Source of the DNA: Hormiphora californensis
Taxonomy: Eukaryota > Animalia > Ctenophora
DNA: 64,000 nucleotides
Assembly: GCA_020137815.1 (NCBI GenBank)
Contig: CM035350.1
Span: 9,610,001-9,674,000, forward strand
Direction: 5' to 3'
The stretch's first letter is position 1; every line of letters starts with the position of its first letter. A model generated the notes under the pieces. The model saw only the letters and a program-made list of their open reading frames with translations, was not told where the DNA came from and did no database searches. Made by a program: the position numbers and the translations under genes. Below, in pieces: positions 38,564 to 52,657 of this stretch.

Positions 38564-41500
38564 CAGGGTGTGAACTGCATGTCGTGTTTGCTAGTCGCGA
38601 GCGCACTTGCGAGACAAGCAAACACGTAAAGGTTCATTAACAAGCATGCTGCTCAGTCATTTTAGATTTAATACACAATGTAAGGATACCATGTAATAGG
38701 TGAGACTCTTGCCGTCACCCTCGTTCAAGTCCCGTGAAAAACGGAGCAGTACACGCAAACTGATGCCCATTTTCCTCGCGTGACCCCGATTCAGCAGTTT
38801 GAGACACCAACTCTTTAGGGGGCCATATCTCAGGAACCAGACAAGATAGGAAAAATCGCCGTCTAATGAGGCGTACAGTTTTTAATCTAGTTTACCACTG
38901 TACCGGCCGTTTCACTCTCCGACCTAAAACAAAAATCGCAACCCCACAAAACTTCAAAATAATGAAATTCGCATCTCGCATGTCGTGTTGCATGTCGTGT
39001 TGCATGTCGTGTCATGTTATTGACGCGCTCGCGTTCAACTCTCACACAGCAGCTGCAGAACATGGCGGGAAACATCGAGGAGTAGAGAGAGGGTCGGTGC
39101 CGAATCAAATATTTCTTGATCTTGATCTACTCCATCTCTCAGCTATCCTACCCCTCATCAACTCGATCTCTCAGCTACCCTACCCCTCATCTACTCCATC
39201 TTTCAGCTACCCTACCCCTCATCTACTCCATCTTTCAGCTACCCTACCCCTTATCTAGTCCATCTCTCAGCTACCCTACTCCTCATCTACTCCATCTCTC
39301 AGCTTTCCTATTAGGGAAGCATAGAGATGGAAACGATTAGGGGTAGGGAATCCCTATCCATAATCGTTTCCATCTCTATGCTTCCCTAGCCCTCATCAAC
39401 TCCATCTTTCAGCTACCCTACCCCTAATCTAGTCCATCTCTCCGCTACCCTACTCCTCATCTACTCCATCTCTCAGCTACCCTACCTCCCATTTACTCCA
39501 TCTCTCAGCTACCCTACCTCCCATTTACTCCATCTCTCAGCTTCCCTACCTCCCATTTACTCCATCTCTCAGCTTACCTACCTCCCATTTACTCCATATC
39601 TCAGCTTCCCTACCTGCCATTTACTCCATCTCTCAGATACCCTACCTCCCATTTACTCCATCTCTCAGCTTCCCTACCTCCCATTTACTCCATCTCTCAG
39701 CTACCCAACCTCCCATTCACTCCATCTATCAGCTTCCCTACCTGCCATTTATTCCATCTCTCAGCTTCCCTACCTCCCATTTACTCCATCTCTCAGCTTC
39801 CCTACCTCCCATTTACTCCATCTCTCAGCTTACCTACCTCCCATTTACTCCATATCTCAGCTTCCCTACCTGCCATTTACTCCATCTTTCAGATACCCTA
39901 CCTCCCATTTACTCCATCTCTCAGCTTACCTACCTCCCATTTACTCCACCTCTCAGCTTCCCTACCTCCCATTTACTCCATCTCTCAGCTTCCCTACCTC
40001 CCATTTACTCCATCTCTCAGCTACCCAACCTCCCATTCACTCCATCTATCAGCTACCCTACCTCCCATTTACTCCATCTCTCAGCTACCCTACCTGCCAT
40101 TTACTCCATCTTTCAGATACCCTACCTCCCATTTACTCCATCTCTCAGCTTACCTACCTCCCATTTACTCCATCTCTCAGCTTCCCTACCTCCCATTTAC
40201 TCCATCTCTCAGCTTACCTACCTCCCATTTACTCCATATCTCAGCTTCCCTACCTGCCATTTACTCCATCTTTCAGATACCCTACCTCCCATTTACTCCA
40301 TCTCTCAGCTTACCTACCTCCCATTTACTCCACCTCTCAGCTTCCCTACCTCCCATTTACTCCATCTCTCAGCTTCCCTACCTCCCATTTACTCCATCTC
40401 TCAGCTACCCAACCTCCCATTCACTCCATCTATCAGCTACCCTACCTCCCATTTACTCCATCTCTCAGCTTCCCTACCTCCCATTTACTCCATCTTTCAG
40501 CTTCCCTACCTCCCATTTACTCCATCGCTTACCTTCCCTACCTCCCATTTACTCCATCTCTCAGCTTCCCTACCTCCCATTTACTCCATCTCTCATTTAT
40601 CCTAACATTCCTACCCCTGAGAGATGGAGTAAATGGGAGGTAGGGAAGCTGAGAGATGGAGTAAATGGGAGGTAGGGAAGCTGAGAGATGGAGTAAATGG
40701 GAGGTAGGGAAGCTGAGAGATGGAGTAAATGGGAGGTAGGGTATCTGAGAGATGGAGTAAATGGCAGGTAGGGAAGCTGAGATATGGAGTAAATGGGAGG
40801 TAGGTAAGCTGAGAGATGGAGTAAATGGGAGGTAGGGAAGCTGAGAGATGGAGTAAATGGGAGGTAGGGTAGCTGAGAGATGGAGTAAATGGGAGGTAGG
40901 GTAGCTGAAAGATGGAGTAGATGAGGAGTAGGGTAGCGGAGAGATGGACTAGATTAGGGGTAGGGTAGCTGAAAGATGGAGTTGATGAGGGCTAGGGAAG
41001 CATAGAGATGGAAACGATTATGGATAGGGATTCCCTACCCCTAATCGTTTACATCTCTATGCTTCCCTAATAGGAAGCTGAGAGATGGAGTAGATGAGGA
41101 GTAGGGTAGCTGAGAGATGGACTAGATAAGGGGTAGGGTAGCTGAAAGATGGAGTAGATGAGGGGTAGGGTAGCTGAAAGATGGAGTAGATGAGGGGTAG
41201 GGTAGCTGAGAGATCGAGTTGATGAGGGGTAGGATAGCTGAGAGATGGAGTAGATCAAGATCAAGAAATATTTGATTCGGCACCGACCCTCTCTCTACTC
41301 CTCGATGTTTCCCGCCATGTTCTGCAGCTGCTGTGTGAGAGTTGAACGCGAGCGCGTCAATAACATGACACGACATGCAACACGACATGCAACACGACAT
41401 GCGAGATGCGAATTTCATTATTTTGAAGTTTTGTGGGGTTGCGATTTTTGTTTTAGGTCAGAGAGTGAAACGGCCGGTACAGTGGTAAACTAGATTAAAA

Positions 41501-41816
41501 ACTGTACGCCTCATTAGACGGCGATTTTTCCTATCTTGTCTGGTTCCTGAGATAGGGCCCCCTAAAGAATTGGTGTCTCAAACTGCTGAATCGGGGTCAC
41601 GCGAGGAAAATGGGCATCAGTTTGTGTGTACTGCTCCGTTTTTCACGGGACTTGAACGAGGGTGACGGCAAGAGTCTCACCTATTACATGGTATCCTTAC
41701 ATTGTGTATTAAATCTAAAATGACTGAGCAGCATGCTTGTTAATGAACCTTGACGTGTTTGCTTGTCTCGCAAGTGCGCTCGCGACTAGCAAACACGACA
41801 TGCAGTTCACACCCTG
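38564..41816. mobile_element. 3.25 kb foldback element: ~560 bp unique inverted arms plus an inverted 32 bp minisatellite; 6 bp TSD AAATAT
   Basis: CAGGGTGTGAACTGC...GCAGTTCACACCCTG; repeat orientation flips at ~40615. Confidence 0.88.
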
Positions 41817-42039
41817 AAATATAGGATCCATCATACTGCTCCACCCCCACTGTGTGTTTATACAACGCTAAATATAGACTTTGTTTATTTTGACAGATTT
41901 GAAAATACAGAGCTGTGAAGGAGCACGGGCTACTCAACAGTACAGTTCCCTCATTAGAGTGTTTTGTGAGCTGCTGTTCTGTGAACCATTGTATTGGAAT
42001 ATGTTTTGCATTTTGCTGCAATATCAGCTGGTGGTTTCA

Positions 42040-42104
<65 letters not shown>

Positions 42105-42640
42105 GAGAGAGAGAAAGGGTGCTAGAGGTTGAATTTCTCTAGCATATGGTCGTTAGTCTTGTAGTTTCGAGCATTCTGACTATTTACCACTATATTTTCT
42201 AGATTCTGTTTGAAATCCGTTTCTTCTTTTTTTAATTTCAGTTTCTTCCAGCTGTATTAGTAATTTTCTACTCAACAATTCTAGGATATCCTAGTGGGAT
42301 CCTAGTAGGATTCTCCAGGTCAGGGTAGATGTTTGCTATGTACTAACCCTTATTTACAATATTTGTGGTGTGGTGAGAGAGCGTCAAGTAAGGGAAGTGG
42401 TACCAGGTACCTCTTATATTTGTTCTACTCTTTCCCTCATCAGCATATCTCTCTCTTCAACCTCTGAGACTAGTGATCTGCAACACATTCCATGTCGCCT
42501 AATTGAGCCCTATTATTATGCTGTATTATCCTTTTGTGAATTGGAAGAGAGAAACCCTGATTAATGTACAGATGATCCTCCTGTGATCCAACACATGGAG
42601 ATTAGAGAATTGAGAGCAGTTATATATGTACCCCCCCCCC

Positions 42641-42740
42641 NNNNNNNNNNNNNNNNNNNNNNNNNNNNNNNNNNNNNNNNNNNNNNNNNNNNNNNNNNNN
42701 NNNNNNNNNNNNNNNNNNNNNNNNNNNNNNNNNNNNNNNN
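42641..42740. other. Assembly gap (100 N)
   Basis: Run of n. Confidence 1.
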
Positions 42741-42884
42741 GTTCCTCCAGTAGCAGTAGCTAGCTCCTCCAGTAGAATTATCTTCTGCGATAAGGGCTCA
42801 CCTGGTTGGTATAGTACTGACACAGTTTCGTGTGGGGCGGTTAGTTATAATCTCACGCCTCTCCGAGATCTCAATTTCTCTATC

Positions 42885-42989
<105 letters not shown>

Positions 42990-43481
42990 CTCTCTTTGTT
43001 GGTCCTATGTGGATGGTCATATTGTAAGTAATTTCTTTATTATATTGCGGTTTATTTCTAATCAAGTCTCGATCGATATTTAGAGCTTTGGTCTTTATTT
43101 GTTAAATTGTCACTGGACTAAGATCGCTGCGGTTAATTCACCAAATTACACAATAATAACGTCAGTCGTCAGCTCGAACCCCTGCAAGTTTTTGCAGGCC
43201 CATTACAATTAATTTAGTAGGATTGCAGGTGCAACGTCACACAGTGCCCACACATGAGAGAGAGGGTATAACAGGGTTGCTCATTTCGACACACTCTCTG
43301 AACTTATGATTCATGCTGATCTTATAGTATTACAAGGATAAAAAACAGTTGTGTTATCTCCGACGAGATGGAGAGAGAGAGAGAAAAGAAGATAGAGCGA
43401 GAGAGAGAGAGAGAGAGGGAAGACGAGAGAGATAGAGTATATATACGAGTAGTAGAGAGAATATAGATAGATAGAGATTCG

Positions 43482-43517
<36 letters not shown>

Positions 43518-43563
43518 CAGTCCCAGCCACAGTTGTGTGTCTAGCTGGGAGCTGTGGAATATG

Positions 43564-45167
43564 GGGGGGGTCGTCATGTTAATGTTAATGTTTCATGAAA
43601 ATTTTTTAAATGTTAACATTAACATTATTAACATTATTAACATTATTAACAAAAAAAAGAAGCTTTTTTAAGTCTTTTTGAAGCTTTTAATCCCGCTTTA
43701 ATAGATCATTTGCGTTATTTTTGACAATATTATACGTACTACCCATCCAATCAACACTGATATACAGTCGAACCCCGATTTAATGGCCCCCGATTTAGTG
43801 GCACCCGTACCCCGATTTAGTGGCAGGATTTTTTCCCCAAAAATTTTTTTGAATTTTTTTTGTGAATTTTTTTTTGAATTTTTTTGACCCGCCACTAGTG
43901 CGGTAATATGACGAAAATTTTTCGGCATAATCGTTCTAAAGCTAATTCCACTTCTAGGGTACTCTATAGGGTCCCTAGAATCAACCCCTGAAGTTGTCGC
44001 AAGATCGGCGATGAAGAACTTGCCTTAATTGGGCCTAATTGGTTACAGGGTGCTTTCAGCCTGAAGCCAAACCCATAAATACCCTTAAAATAGGAGTATA
44101 GACAAAACCGAGGGCACTAAAGTGATCAGCGTCCTCGCATTAGTGGGGGTAGGTGCTGGAATTAAGTCTCTATCTCATCTGGTTAATTAGTTAATTGGAT
44201 AATTAGATCGGCACATATGGCTATAGCCACTTAGGAATGGTTTAGAGACATTTCACGGGTGCCATCTTGTAGACAATGGCCAAGTTGTGGGTGGTCGACG
44301 TCGGACTTTTATGCTCTATCTCCAACCGTTTAGCCGTTATTTGGTTTGCTCAAAATCGGGCTTTTTACCGTTTTTTGCTCATTTTGAGCACCTTTAAAGC
44401 CAAATAACGGCTAAACGGTTGGAGATAGAGCTTAAAAGTCCGACGTCGACCCCCCCATAACTTGGCCATTGCCTACAAGATGGCACCAGTGAAATGTCTC
44501 TAAACCATTCCTAAGTGGCTACAGCCATATGGCCGAAAACGGCTATGTGCAGATCTAATTATCCAATTAACTAATTAACCAAATGAGATAGAGACTTAAT
44601 TCCAGCACCTACCCCCACTAATGCGAGGACGCTGATCACTTTAGTGCCCTCGGTTTTGTCTCTACTCCTATTTTAAGGGTATTTATGGGTTTGGCTTCAG
44701 GCTGAAAGCACCCTGTAACCAATCAGGCCCAATTAATGCAATTTCTTTATCGCCGATCTTGCGACAACTTCAGGGGTTGTTTCTAGGGACCCTATAGAGT
44801 ATCCTAGAAGTGGAATTAGCTTTAGAACGATTATGACGAAAAATTTTCGTCCTATTACCGCACTATTTATACATTAAACTGGTGTTCTTTACTCGTATAC
44901 CCCTCCTTTGTTATAATGACCCTTTTCTTACCTCAAAACCTTTTCTGAAATCCAAACAATTATCCTAGCTATGAAATATATGCCATGGGAGATAGTGAGT
45001 TTATGATAGAAACACCTAAAAACACATAAAACAGCTATAAACCGACTAAAAACATCTAAAACGCGATTTTTGTTAATTTTGTTAATTTTGTTAATTTTGT
45101 TAATGTTTCACCAAGGGTCGTTTGTTAATTAACAAAACATTAACAAAATTAACATGACGACCCCCCC
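43564..45167. mobile_element. Non-autonomous DNA transposon, TIR GGGGGGGTCGTCATGTTAAT, 8 bp TSD GGAATATG, with nested insertions
   Basis: TIRs and TSD seen directly; subterminal TTAAC repeats. Confidence 0.82.
43896..44865. mobile_element. ~970 bp palindromic foldback (TAG...CTA termini)
   Basis: TAGTGCGGTAAT...ATTACCGCACTA, long inverted arms; no TSD evident. Confidence 0.85.
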
Positions 45168-45842
45168 GGAATATGTCGGGATAAAATTCACATGGGGTAT
45201 GGCTTCGATTACTTTTTCAATGTCCCCCTCGTCTGTCAGTGACAGTGTCACTTACTTATTTCAACAGCCAGTCATTCGTTTTCTTGCTTTTTTTCAGCTA
45301 TCGCACCGATTGATGTACTAGTTCTTTATTCTTTTAAAGAGAAACAACGATTTTGCAGTACTAATATTCAATTAAGAACACTATTCTTTGTTCCACACAC
45401 ATTCAGAGAATCTCTCTCTCTCTATCTCTCTGAGCTGTGCTCTTGGTGACGCAGTCTCCCTTACAACTCGTAAAATAATTCTTACTTCTAATAATTCTTA
45501 CTTCTAATAATTCTTACTTCTACTTCTACATCTTGTATTATATTCCCTCCCTTTATAATTCTACTTTTTCTACAATCTGTTCAGAATGACCTTTACAGTT
45601 CAGTATATATTTACTTTTCACCACCTCTTTACACAGTGTTCTAGCTCTACTATAGCTCTACTATATACAGCAGCTATCAGTATATCAGTATAGCAACTTC
45701 AGACAAAGAGGAGTTAAACATTGCAAAGTTATCCGCGACATCCAGTACCTGCAAAGTTATTTGTGATATCCAGTACCTGCAAAGTTATTTGTGATATCCA
45801 GTACCTGCAAAGTTATTTGTGATATCCAGTTGGATAGTTAGC

Positions 45843-48800
45843 ATGGCGTCCGGGGTGACATTTACGGAGACGAGCGACTACATTTGTGGTGCTATTATGG
45901 CCATCGTATCTTTTATCGCTGTACTAGGTACGTATACTTTTAGCTTTTATATCCTGGATATCGCATGAGTCGATTAAATATCTGACAGCTAATTTACCTG
46001 TCATTGTTTTTTTTTGGGAAGCCACGAAAAAAATCAATGCTTGAGCTAATATCAGATATCTCTGTCTGATTCCCGATCTCACTGATCTCAGGTACAACAA
46101 GGGCGCTGGTTTTATTCGGTAGGATGAAGTTTGTGCAGAAAAGACGGTTCTCTCATATCTCATTCCTGTTCATAAATCTGATAATAACGGATTTGGTGTG
46201 TGGAATGTTCAATGCCAGCTTCATGTCTTACACCCTCCTAAACAGGTACTAGTCGATATAAACCGGGTAGAAGATGGATATCTAAATAATAGACTATAGA
46301 CTATAGACCTTGCTGTTTACATTCTAACCATGATCTGATCTGATGTTGTTTCTTTCTTCCCCAATAATCATGATAATATTACACCCCCCCCCCCCATTAC
46401 ATCACCTTTGATTATTATAACAAGGGGGGTCAAGGGGATGGGTCGTTGCTATTCGAGGTTCACTGTGGTGAGAGAAATAAAAATATCATTCTAATTAAAC
46501 TTTTGCAGCATGCAAAGCCTTTTAAATTTTAATCCAACTACCGAATGATATTGACCCCGACCACATATGGTCAAATGATCAGTGCAGTATAAGTAAAAAC
46601 TCCGATTATGAACAATTTAAGTGGTTTTCCTCGGTATTTTTTATAAGAGATCAAAATGTCTTTGCCAATACGATAAGTATGTTGCCAAGGGATTCTATCG
46701 AATTCTAACTACAATAATGCCTTTCTAAGAAGGAAAGAAAGACTTTACTGAAGATTGTCTCTCTCAGATCGGTGGAAGAAAGAAGTAACACGACGTTATT
46801 CCGAGTGTTTTGCAATGTTAACGGAATCAGTGATGTCCTCGCTCCCCAAGGAAGTGTGCTAATTAACGCGATAATGAGTTATGGCCGGTATATTGCTGTG
46901 TGTAAGAGTCTCCGGTATAACTCCCTCATAACAACTAGAAAGGTATGGAAGTTTTCTATGCTTTCTTCGTTGAAACACATCTGGGTTTTTACGAATAGTA
47001 AAGTTTCAATGTCTAACTGGAATTATATAACAACTCGCAAGAGTTTTAAAAATATAAATATTTTAACACACTGCTGATGACATTCTTTTCTTTTTTTCCT
47101 GAAGATCTAATAATAATATCCGGGGTATTTATCTTTCCTTAGTTTCTATAGACTCTGCAGTCTGTACTTCAATTCCGTGCAAGCTCGTCCAATAATAGGG
47201 ATGACTTCGTAACCAAGCACTGACCTACTTTCTACCCCTTCCCAATAACCACAATCCCCTACAGATTTATATAGCAGTTGGTATAGCCTGGGCGTATAGC
47301 GTGTACCTGGCCATCCTTCCATACATGTGGAGCGTCTACTACGACTTTATCCCCTCTATCTCCCTATGTTCATGGTACAACGCTATCATCTACAAAGTTG
47401 ACGTAAGTATACTGGTGACATGTTAGGCCATGAATTGTATCTACTTTTATCACTGAGTATAATTCATGGTGTAATACCAATTATAGTGACTCGTACAATA
47501 TGTTTCTCTCAATCCTTGAAGCACCAGCGATTGATGGTCGCATTACCTAATCCCATGGTCCAAGAAGATGATCCTCCTGCAACTCCTCATTCATTCGCAT
47601 GATTCACAATGATGATGTTTCTCTGTCAGGCCAATGCTCTGACAGATGTTTCTTCATTATATACACCAGACCGATATTTGTTAGTTTCTCAGTCATCAGA
47701 GTTCAGTATTTATATGTGTAAGAAAACTCGGGTGGCCTACCCGTCAGGTCACACCGATTCAGGTTCACTATTTCACGTTTCTAATGCACATGAAAATCGG
47801 TTTTCCAGTCCCATAGTACTAGCCGACTAGCGCGGTAGTCCTAATCCACTTGCAGAGCTCAACAAAGGACATTTTCGGTACATTTTTAAAAAATCCACCA
47901 TGTAGAGGTTTCAGGTGGCGAGAAACATTTCACATATAATATTCATGATTCTGCAACATCTCACAACTAACGCACATTATGTTCAACAGGGTAAGGAGTT
48001 GCAGGCGTTTCTCTTCATCGCCATAGTAACGCTTCCCTCCCTTGTTCCTGCGTGTGTCGTCATGGTCTGCTGCTTTCTCATCATCTACCAGTTAATCTCA
48101 GGTAACAAAGAGAGGGAGAGGGAGAGAGAGAGAGAGAGAGAGAGATAGAGAGAGGGGGAGAGAGAGAGAGAGAGAGGGGGAGAGAGACAGAGAGAGAGAG
48201 ACAGAGAGACAGAGAGAGAGACAGAGACAGAGACAGAGATCCAGAGACAGAGACAGAGACAGATAGACAGAGAGACAGAGCTAAACAGAGAGACAGAGAC
48301 TGAGATTTGAAGATTGGGATATAATATACATGTGTTAACGTAGTGTGTCCTGTATGGTGTGCCAATTGTGCAACAACACGTGGTTCTACTGTCAGTGTCA
48401 TGTAAAGTAAAGCGGGACATCCAAGCTGTTTCAGGTTCGGAACAGGGTGTATACGGTCTCTCCATCTTGTTCTGTCTGCCCTCCGCCGCCTCGAGGAAGG
48501 GAGATTTACAGTTTGCAAAGAGGATGGAGCTTATTGAGGCTGCCAGATCAGTCCTCAAGATTGTACTTCTCTTCATATTCTGTAACATTGCTTGGTAAGT
48601 ATACAGCAACATCAATATTTTTTCCCACAAGTCAGTGGTGGCCCCAGCCTGGGTGGTGGCCACCCCCCCAAAACTTTTCAAACAGGGGTTGTTGGGGGTG
48701 GTAAAATAGCTTTAAAATGTGTTCTAAATTGCTTTAAATTGATCAAAATCTAAAATTTTCCGGGGGCTTCGCCCCTAACCTACACCAGGGGCTGAAAATC

Positions 48801-49612
48801 GTTAAGATATTGTTCTAAATTGCTTAAAATTGATCAAAAACTAAAATTTTCTGGGGGCTTCGCCCCTTATCCACACCAGGGGCTGAACATCATTAAAAAA
48901 GTTTTCTAAAAGGGCTGAAAATTGTCCCCGCCCCCCAAACCCCCTGCCGCAGCTCCCTCGGAACCTCGGTCACTAGGTTTGGAGTTGAAGTGTGGCCTTC
49001 GGCCACACCACCCCCCCCCCCCCCCCAAAATGCTTGCTGGGGCCACCCCTGCCACAAGTTTCGCTTTTTCTGAATGTACGATCATCTATTGATTCTTACA
49101 AAATGCCCTCTTCACACCATGTTCCAATAACACCTGCTTCTAGTTCACATCTATCTCACATCTAGTATTCTAGTTCACATCTATAGTTCACATATACCAC
49201 ATACTCGCTAAAACACAGCTCCTCTTGCACACTGTGTCACACACACAACTTCACAAATTGTTCATCGTAGAACTGTGGGTACTGGATGCCATAATTTTAC
49301 CCCCCCCCCCCCTCCCCTCTCAGGTGGATAAAGATGTTGTCTGATTGTTTGGAATTCTGCTCTGTCCTCCCTTTCAACTGGTCCAAGGAACTCCTGGGGG
49401 CGACAACTGTAAACTACCTAAACCGCATTCTCAAGATGTTAGTGATCAGCAACAGTGCTGTAACCCCCTTCTTGTACTCCTTTGGGAACGCCAGGAGGAA
49501 CAATTCGACACGTCAGCTGCCAATAACGGTGTCAACACAGAATAACCGGCCACGGTCGATACGGTCCGTGAACAGGGCGAATAGTATGAACATTCAGAGA
49601 CAAATACAATGA
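45843..49612 (+). CDS. Orphan rhodopsin-class (class A) GPCR, multi-exon
   Basis: Seven hydrophobic segments across exons: FINLIITDL (TM2), FC..SYGRYIAVCKSLRY (TM3), IAW (TM4), AARSVLKIVLLFIFCN (TM6), SNSAVTPFLY (TM7). Confidence 0.85.
48633..49051. mobile_element. hAT-like MITE, 8 bp TSD CCACAAGT (duplicate at ~51687-52104)
   Basis: CAGTGGTGGCCCCAGC...GCTGGGGCCACCCCTG with perfect TSD. Confidence 0.85.
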
Positions 49613-50537
49613 CATTGCAGTGCCAAAATTAGAGGGATGCAGGGTGAATAAGAGTGAAGCTGAACTGAAATGTTTTTAATTAACCCAAAATTTGAGAGAA
49701 GTACATAATTGAGAGAAATGGTTCTGATGTTATGAGTGCTGTTGTAAAATCGAAATGTAGAGTGTTGTTTGGTGTGTCAGTATTTATATTCAACATAATA
49801 TGTATCTGTCATTGGCCTGCCAGATATCGATATTGAGACTGTACAGTACCGAAAATTAGATTTTGTGAATGACAGTGGTCCCCCAACTATGTACAAGGGT
49901 CATTTCATCTGACGCGCTGACCCCTTCTCGATCATGGAGTTTATGGTCACTGTCAAGCATCTTGCGAAACTCAATCTTGTAAATTCTTTTTCTGTTTTGA
50001 GATAAGAGCAAAAGATATTTTGGGAGGTATAATTTACAGTTGTGATGCGTTGATAGAATTAGATGTCATGTATATGTGTTCATATTTCATGTTTATACGT
50101 TTACACTATGTTCATGTCTCGGAAGCTAACGTGTTTTAATTTGGATAATTATACAGTCGGACCCTGATTTACCGGAACCCCGATATACTGGAAGTATCAA
50201 CTTCCCCCAATAAAGAAAACTAACGGTATAGTATTTGACCCCGATATACCGGACACCCTTTCACAGCTTTTCCCCGAGCATCCCGGTAATTCGGGGTCCG
50301 ACTGTATATTCTGAGTACCAATATCATAACTATATTCAGACACTCAAAAACACTTGTGTGGCTCACATCTGCTGTCTGGCGTCGCCGACCCCATCTGAGC
50401 GCACTGTCGCGGGTATTGGGGTATGGCGCCGCCATACAGCTGTCATCTGTGAGGGAAGATCAATCAAACACCACTAAACATATTCTGAGTGAGGTGATCC
50501 ATCATGGAAGGTGATCATGGAAGGTGATCCATCATGT

Positions 50538-51050
50538 TTAACAAGCAGCCTCGTTCTCCACGATGGTCTCGACCTTGGGCTGCTTGGGCTTGTTGTCATG
50601 CCTGGCCGCATGGGACTTTAAGATTGGGGATGCCGATACCATCTTGCTGACTCGTCGGGAGATGTAGTTCTCGTAGGCTGACCCGCCGTGTTCCTTGACA
50701 TCGAGCCCAACTTTCTCTGTCTCAAGACTTACTCTCAGCTTGTTGGTTATCTGTTTGGGGGAATGAATATGTGAACAAAAAGATAGTACAGTCGGACCCC
50801 GATTTAGTGCAGTGGCATCCTCGGGGAAAAAAATCCTGCCACTAAATCGGGGTGCCACTAAATTGGGGTCAAATAATGTTAATTTCCTATATCGGGGGGA
50901 AAAAATCCTGCCACTAAATCGGGGGGCCACTAAATCGGGGGGCCACTAAATCGGGGTCCGACTGTATTGGAAATAATAATTGCCAATTGAATGAGCTGGG
51001 TACTACGAGTGGGTACTGGGTAGTGAATGCACTTACCGCTAAGATGGTGA
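50538..51050 (-). pseudogene. Orphan duplicate of the ammonium transporter last exon plus a fragment of the penultimate exon
   Basis: Encodes the same ITNKLRVS...NEAAC as 53609-53821. Confidence 0.8.
50788..50964. mobile_element. Tc1/mariner-like MITE (TA-CAGTCGGACCCCGATTTAGT); copy at ~53860-54034, relatives at ~50154, ~53192 and ~43765
   Basis: TIRs and TA TSD. Confidence 0.85.
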
Positions 51051-51095
51051 GAGGGAGAGAGAGACAGAGAGACAGAGAGACAGATAGAGATAGAC

Positions 51096-51126
<31 letters not shown>

Positions 51127-51373
51127 GACAGAGATTTGAAGATTGGGATATAATATATGTGTAGTGTGTCCTGTATCGAATATCGTGTGCCAATTGTGCA
51201 ACAACACGTGGTTCTACTGTCAGTGTCATGTATCGTGTGCCAATTGTGCAACAACACGTGGTTCTACTGTCAGTGTCATGTATCGTGTGCCAATTGTGCA
51301 ACAACACGTGGTTCTACTGTCAGTGTCATGTATCGTGTGCCAATTGTGCAACAACACGTGGTTCTACTGTCAG

Positions 51374-52657
51374 TGTCATGTAAAGTAAAGCAGGACATCC
51401 AAGCTGTTTCAGGTTCGGAACAGGGTGTATACGGTCTCTCCATCTTGTGTGTCATGTAAAGTAAAGCGGGACATCCAAGCTGTTTCAGGTTCGGAACAGG
51501 GTGTATACGGTCTCTCCATCTTGTTCTGTCTGCCCTCCGCCGCCTCGAGGAAGGGGGATTTACAGTTTGCAAAGAGGATGGAGCTTATAGAGGCTGCCAG
51601 ATCAGTCCTCAAGATTGTACTTCTCTTCATATTCTGTAACATTGCTTGGTAAGTATACAGCAACATCAATATTTTTTCCCACAAGTCAGTGGTGGCCCCA
51701 GCCTGGGTGGTGGCCACCCCCCCAAAACTTTTCAAACAGGGGTTGTTGGGGGTGGTAAAATAGCTTTAAAATGTGTTCTAAATTGCTTTAAATTGATCAA
51801 AATCTAAAATTTTCCGGGGGCTCCGCCCCTAACCTACACCAAGGGCTGAAAATCGTTAAAATATTGTTCTAAATTGCTTAAAATTGATCAAAAACTAAAA
51901 TTTTCCGGGGGCTTCGCCCCTTATCCACACCAGGGGCTGAACATCATTAAAAAAGTTTTCTAAAAGGGCTGAAAATTGTCCCCGCCCCCCAAACCCCCTG
52001 CCGCAGCTCCCTCGGAACCTCGGTCACTAGGTTTGGAGTTGAAGTGTGGCATTCGGCCACACCACCCCCCCCCCCCCCCCAAATGCTTGCTGGGGCCACC
52101 CCTGCCACAAGTTTCGCTTTTTCTGAATGTACGATCATCTATTTATTCTTACAAAATGTTCACACCATGTTCCAATAGCACCTGCTTCTATAGTTCACAT
52201 CTAGCTCACATATACCCCCCCCCCCCCCCCCCATATACCACATACTCGCTAAAACACAGCTCCTCTTGCACACTGTGTCACACACACACAACTTCACAAA
52301 TTGTTCATCGTAGAACTGTGGGTACTGGATGCCATAACTAATTTTACCCCCCCCCCCTCCCCTCTCAGGTGGATAAAGATGTTGTCTGATTGTTTGGAAT
52401 TCTGCTCTGTCCTCCCCTTCAACTGGTCCAAGGAACTCCTGGGGGCGACAACTGTAAACTACCTAAACCGCATCCTCAAGATGTTAGTGATCAGCAACAG
52501 TGCTGTAACCCCCTTTTTGTACTCATTTGGGAACGCCAGGAGGAACAATTCGACACGTCAGCTGCCAATAACGGTGTCAACACAGAATAACCGGCCCCGC
52601 TCGATACGGTCCGTGAACAGGGCGAATAGTATGAACATTCAGAGACAAATACAATGA
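51374..52657 (+). pseudogene. Orphan duplicate of the last two GPCR exons
   Basis: Last-exon peptide identical to 49334-49612; preceding exon carries an internal ~76 bp duplication. Confidence 0.8.

Noticed and set aside
49334-49490. Opsin identity for the GPCR
   Set aside because: The retinal-binding Lys position (six residues before the NPxxY-equivalent TPFLY) is Ile; the nearby Lys is out of register.
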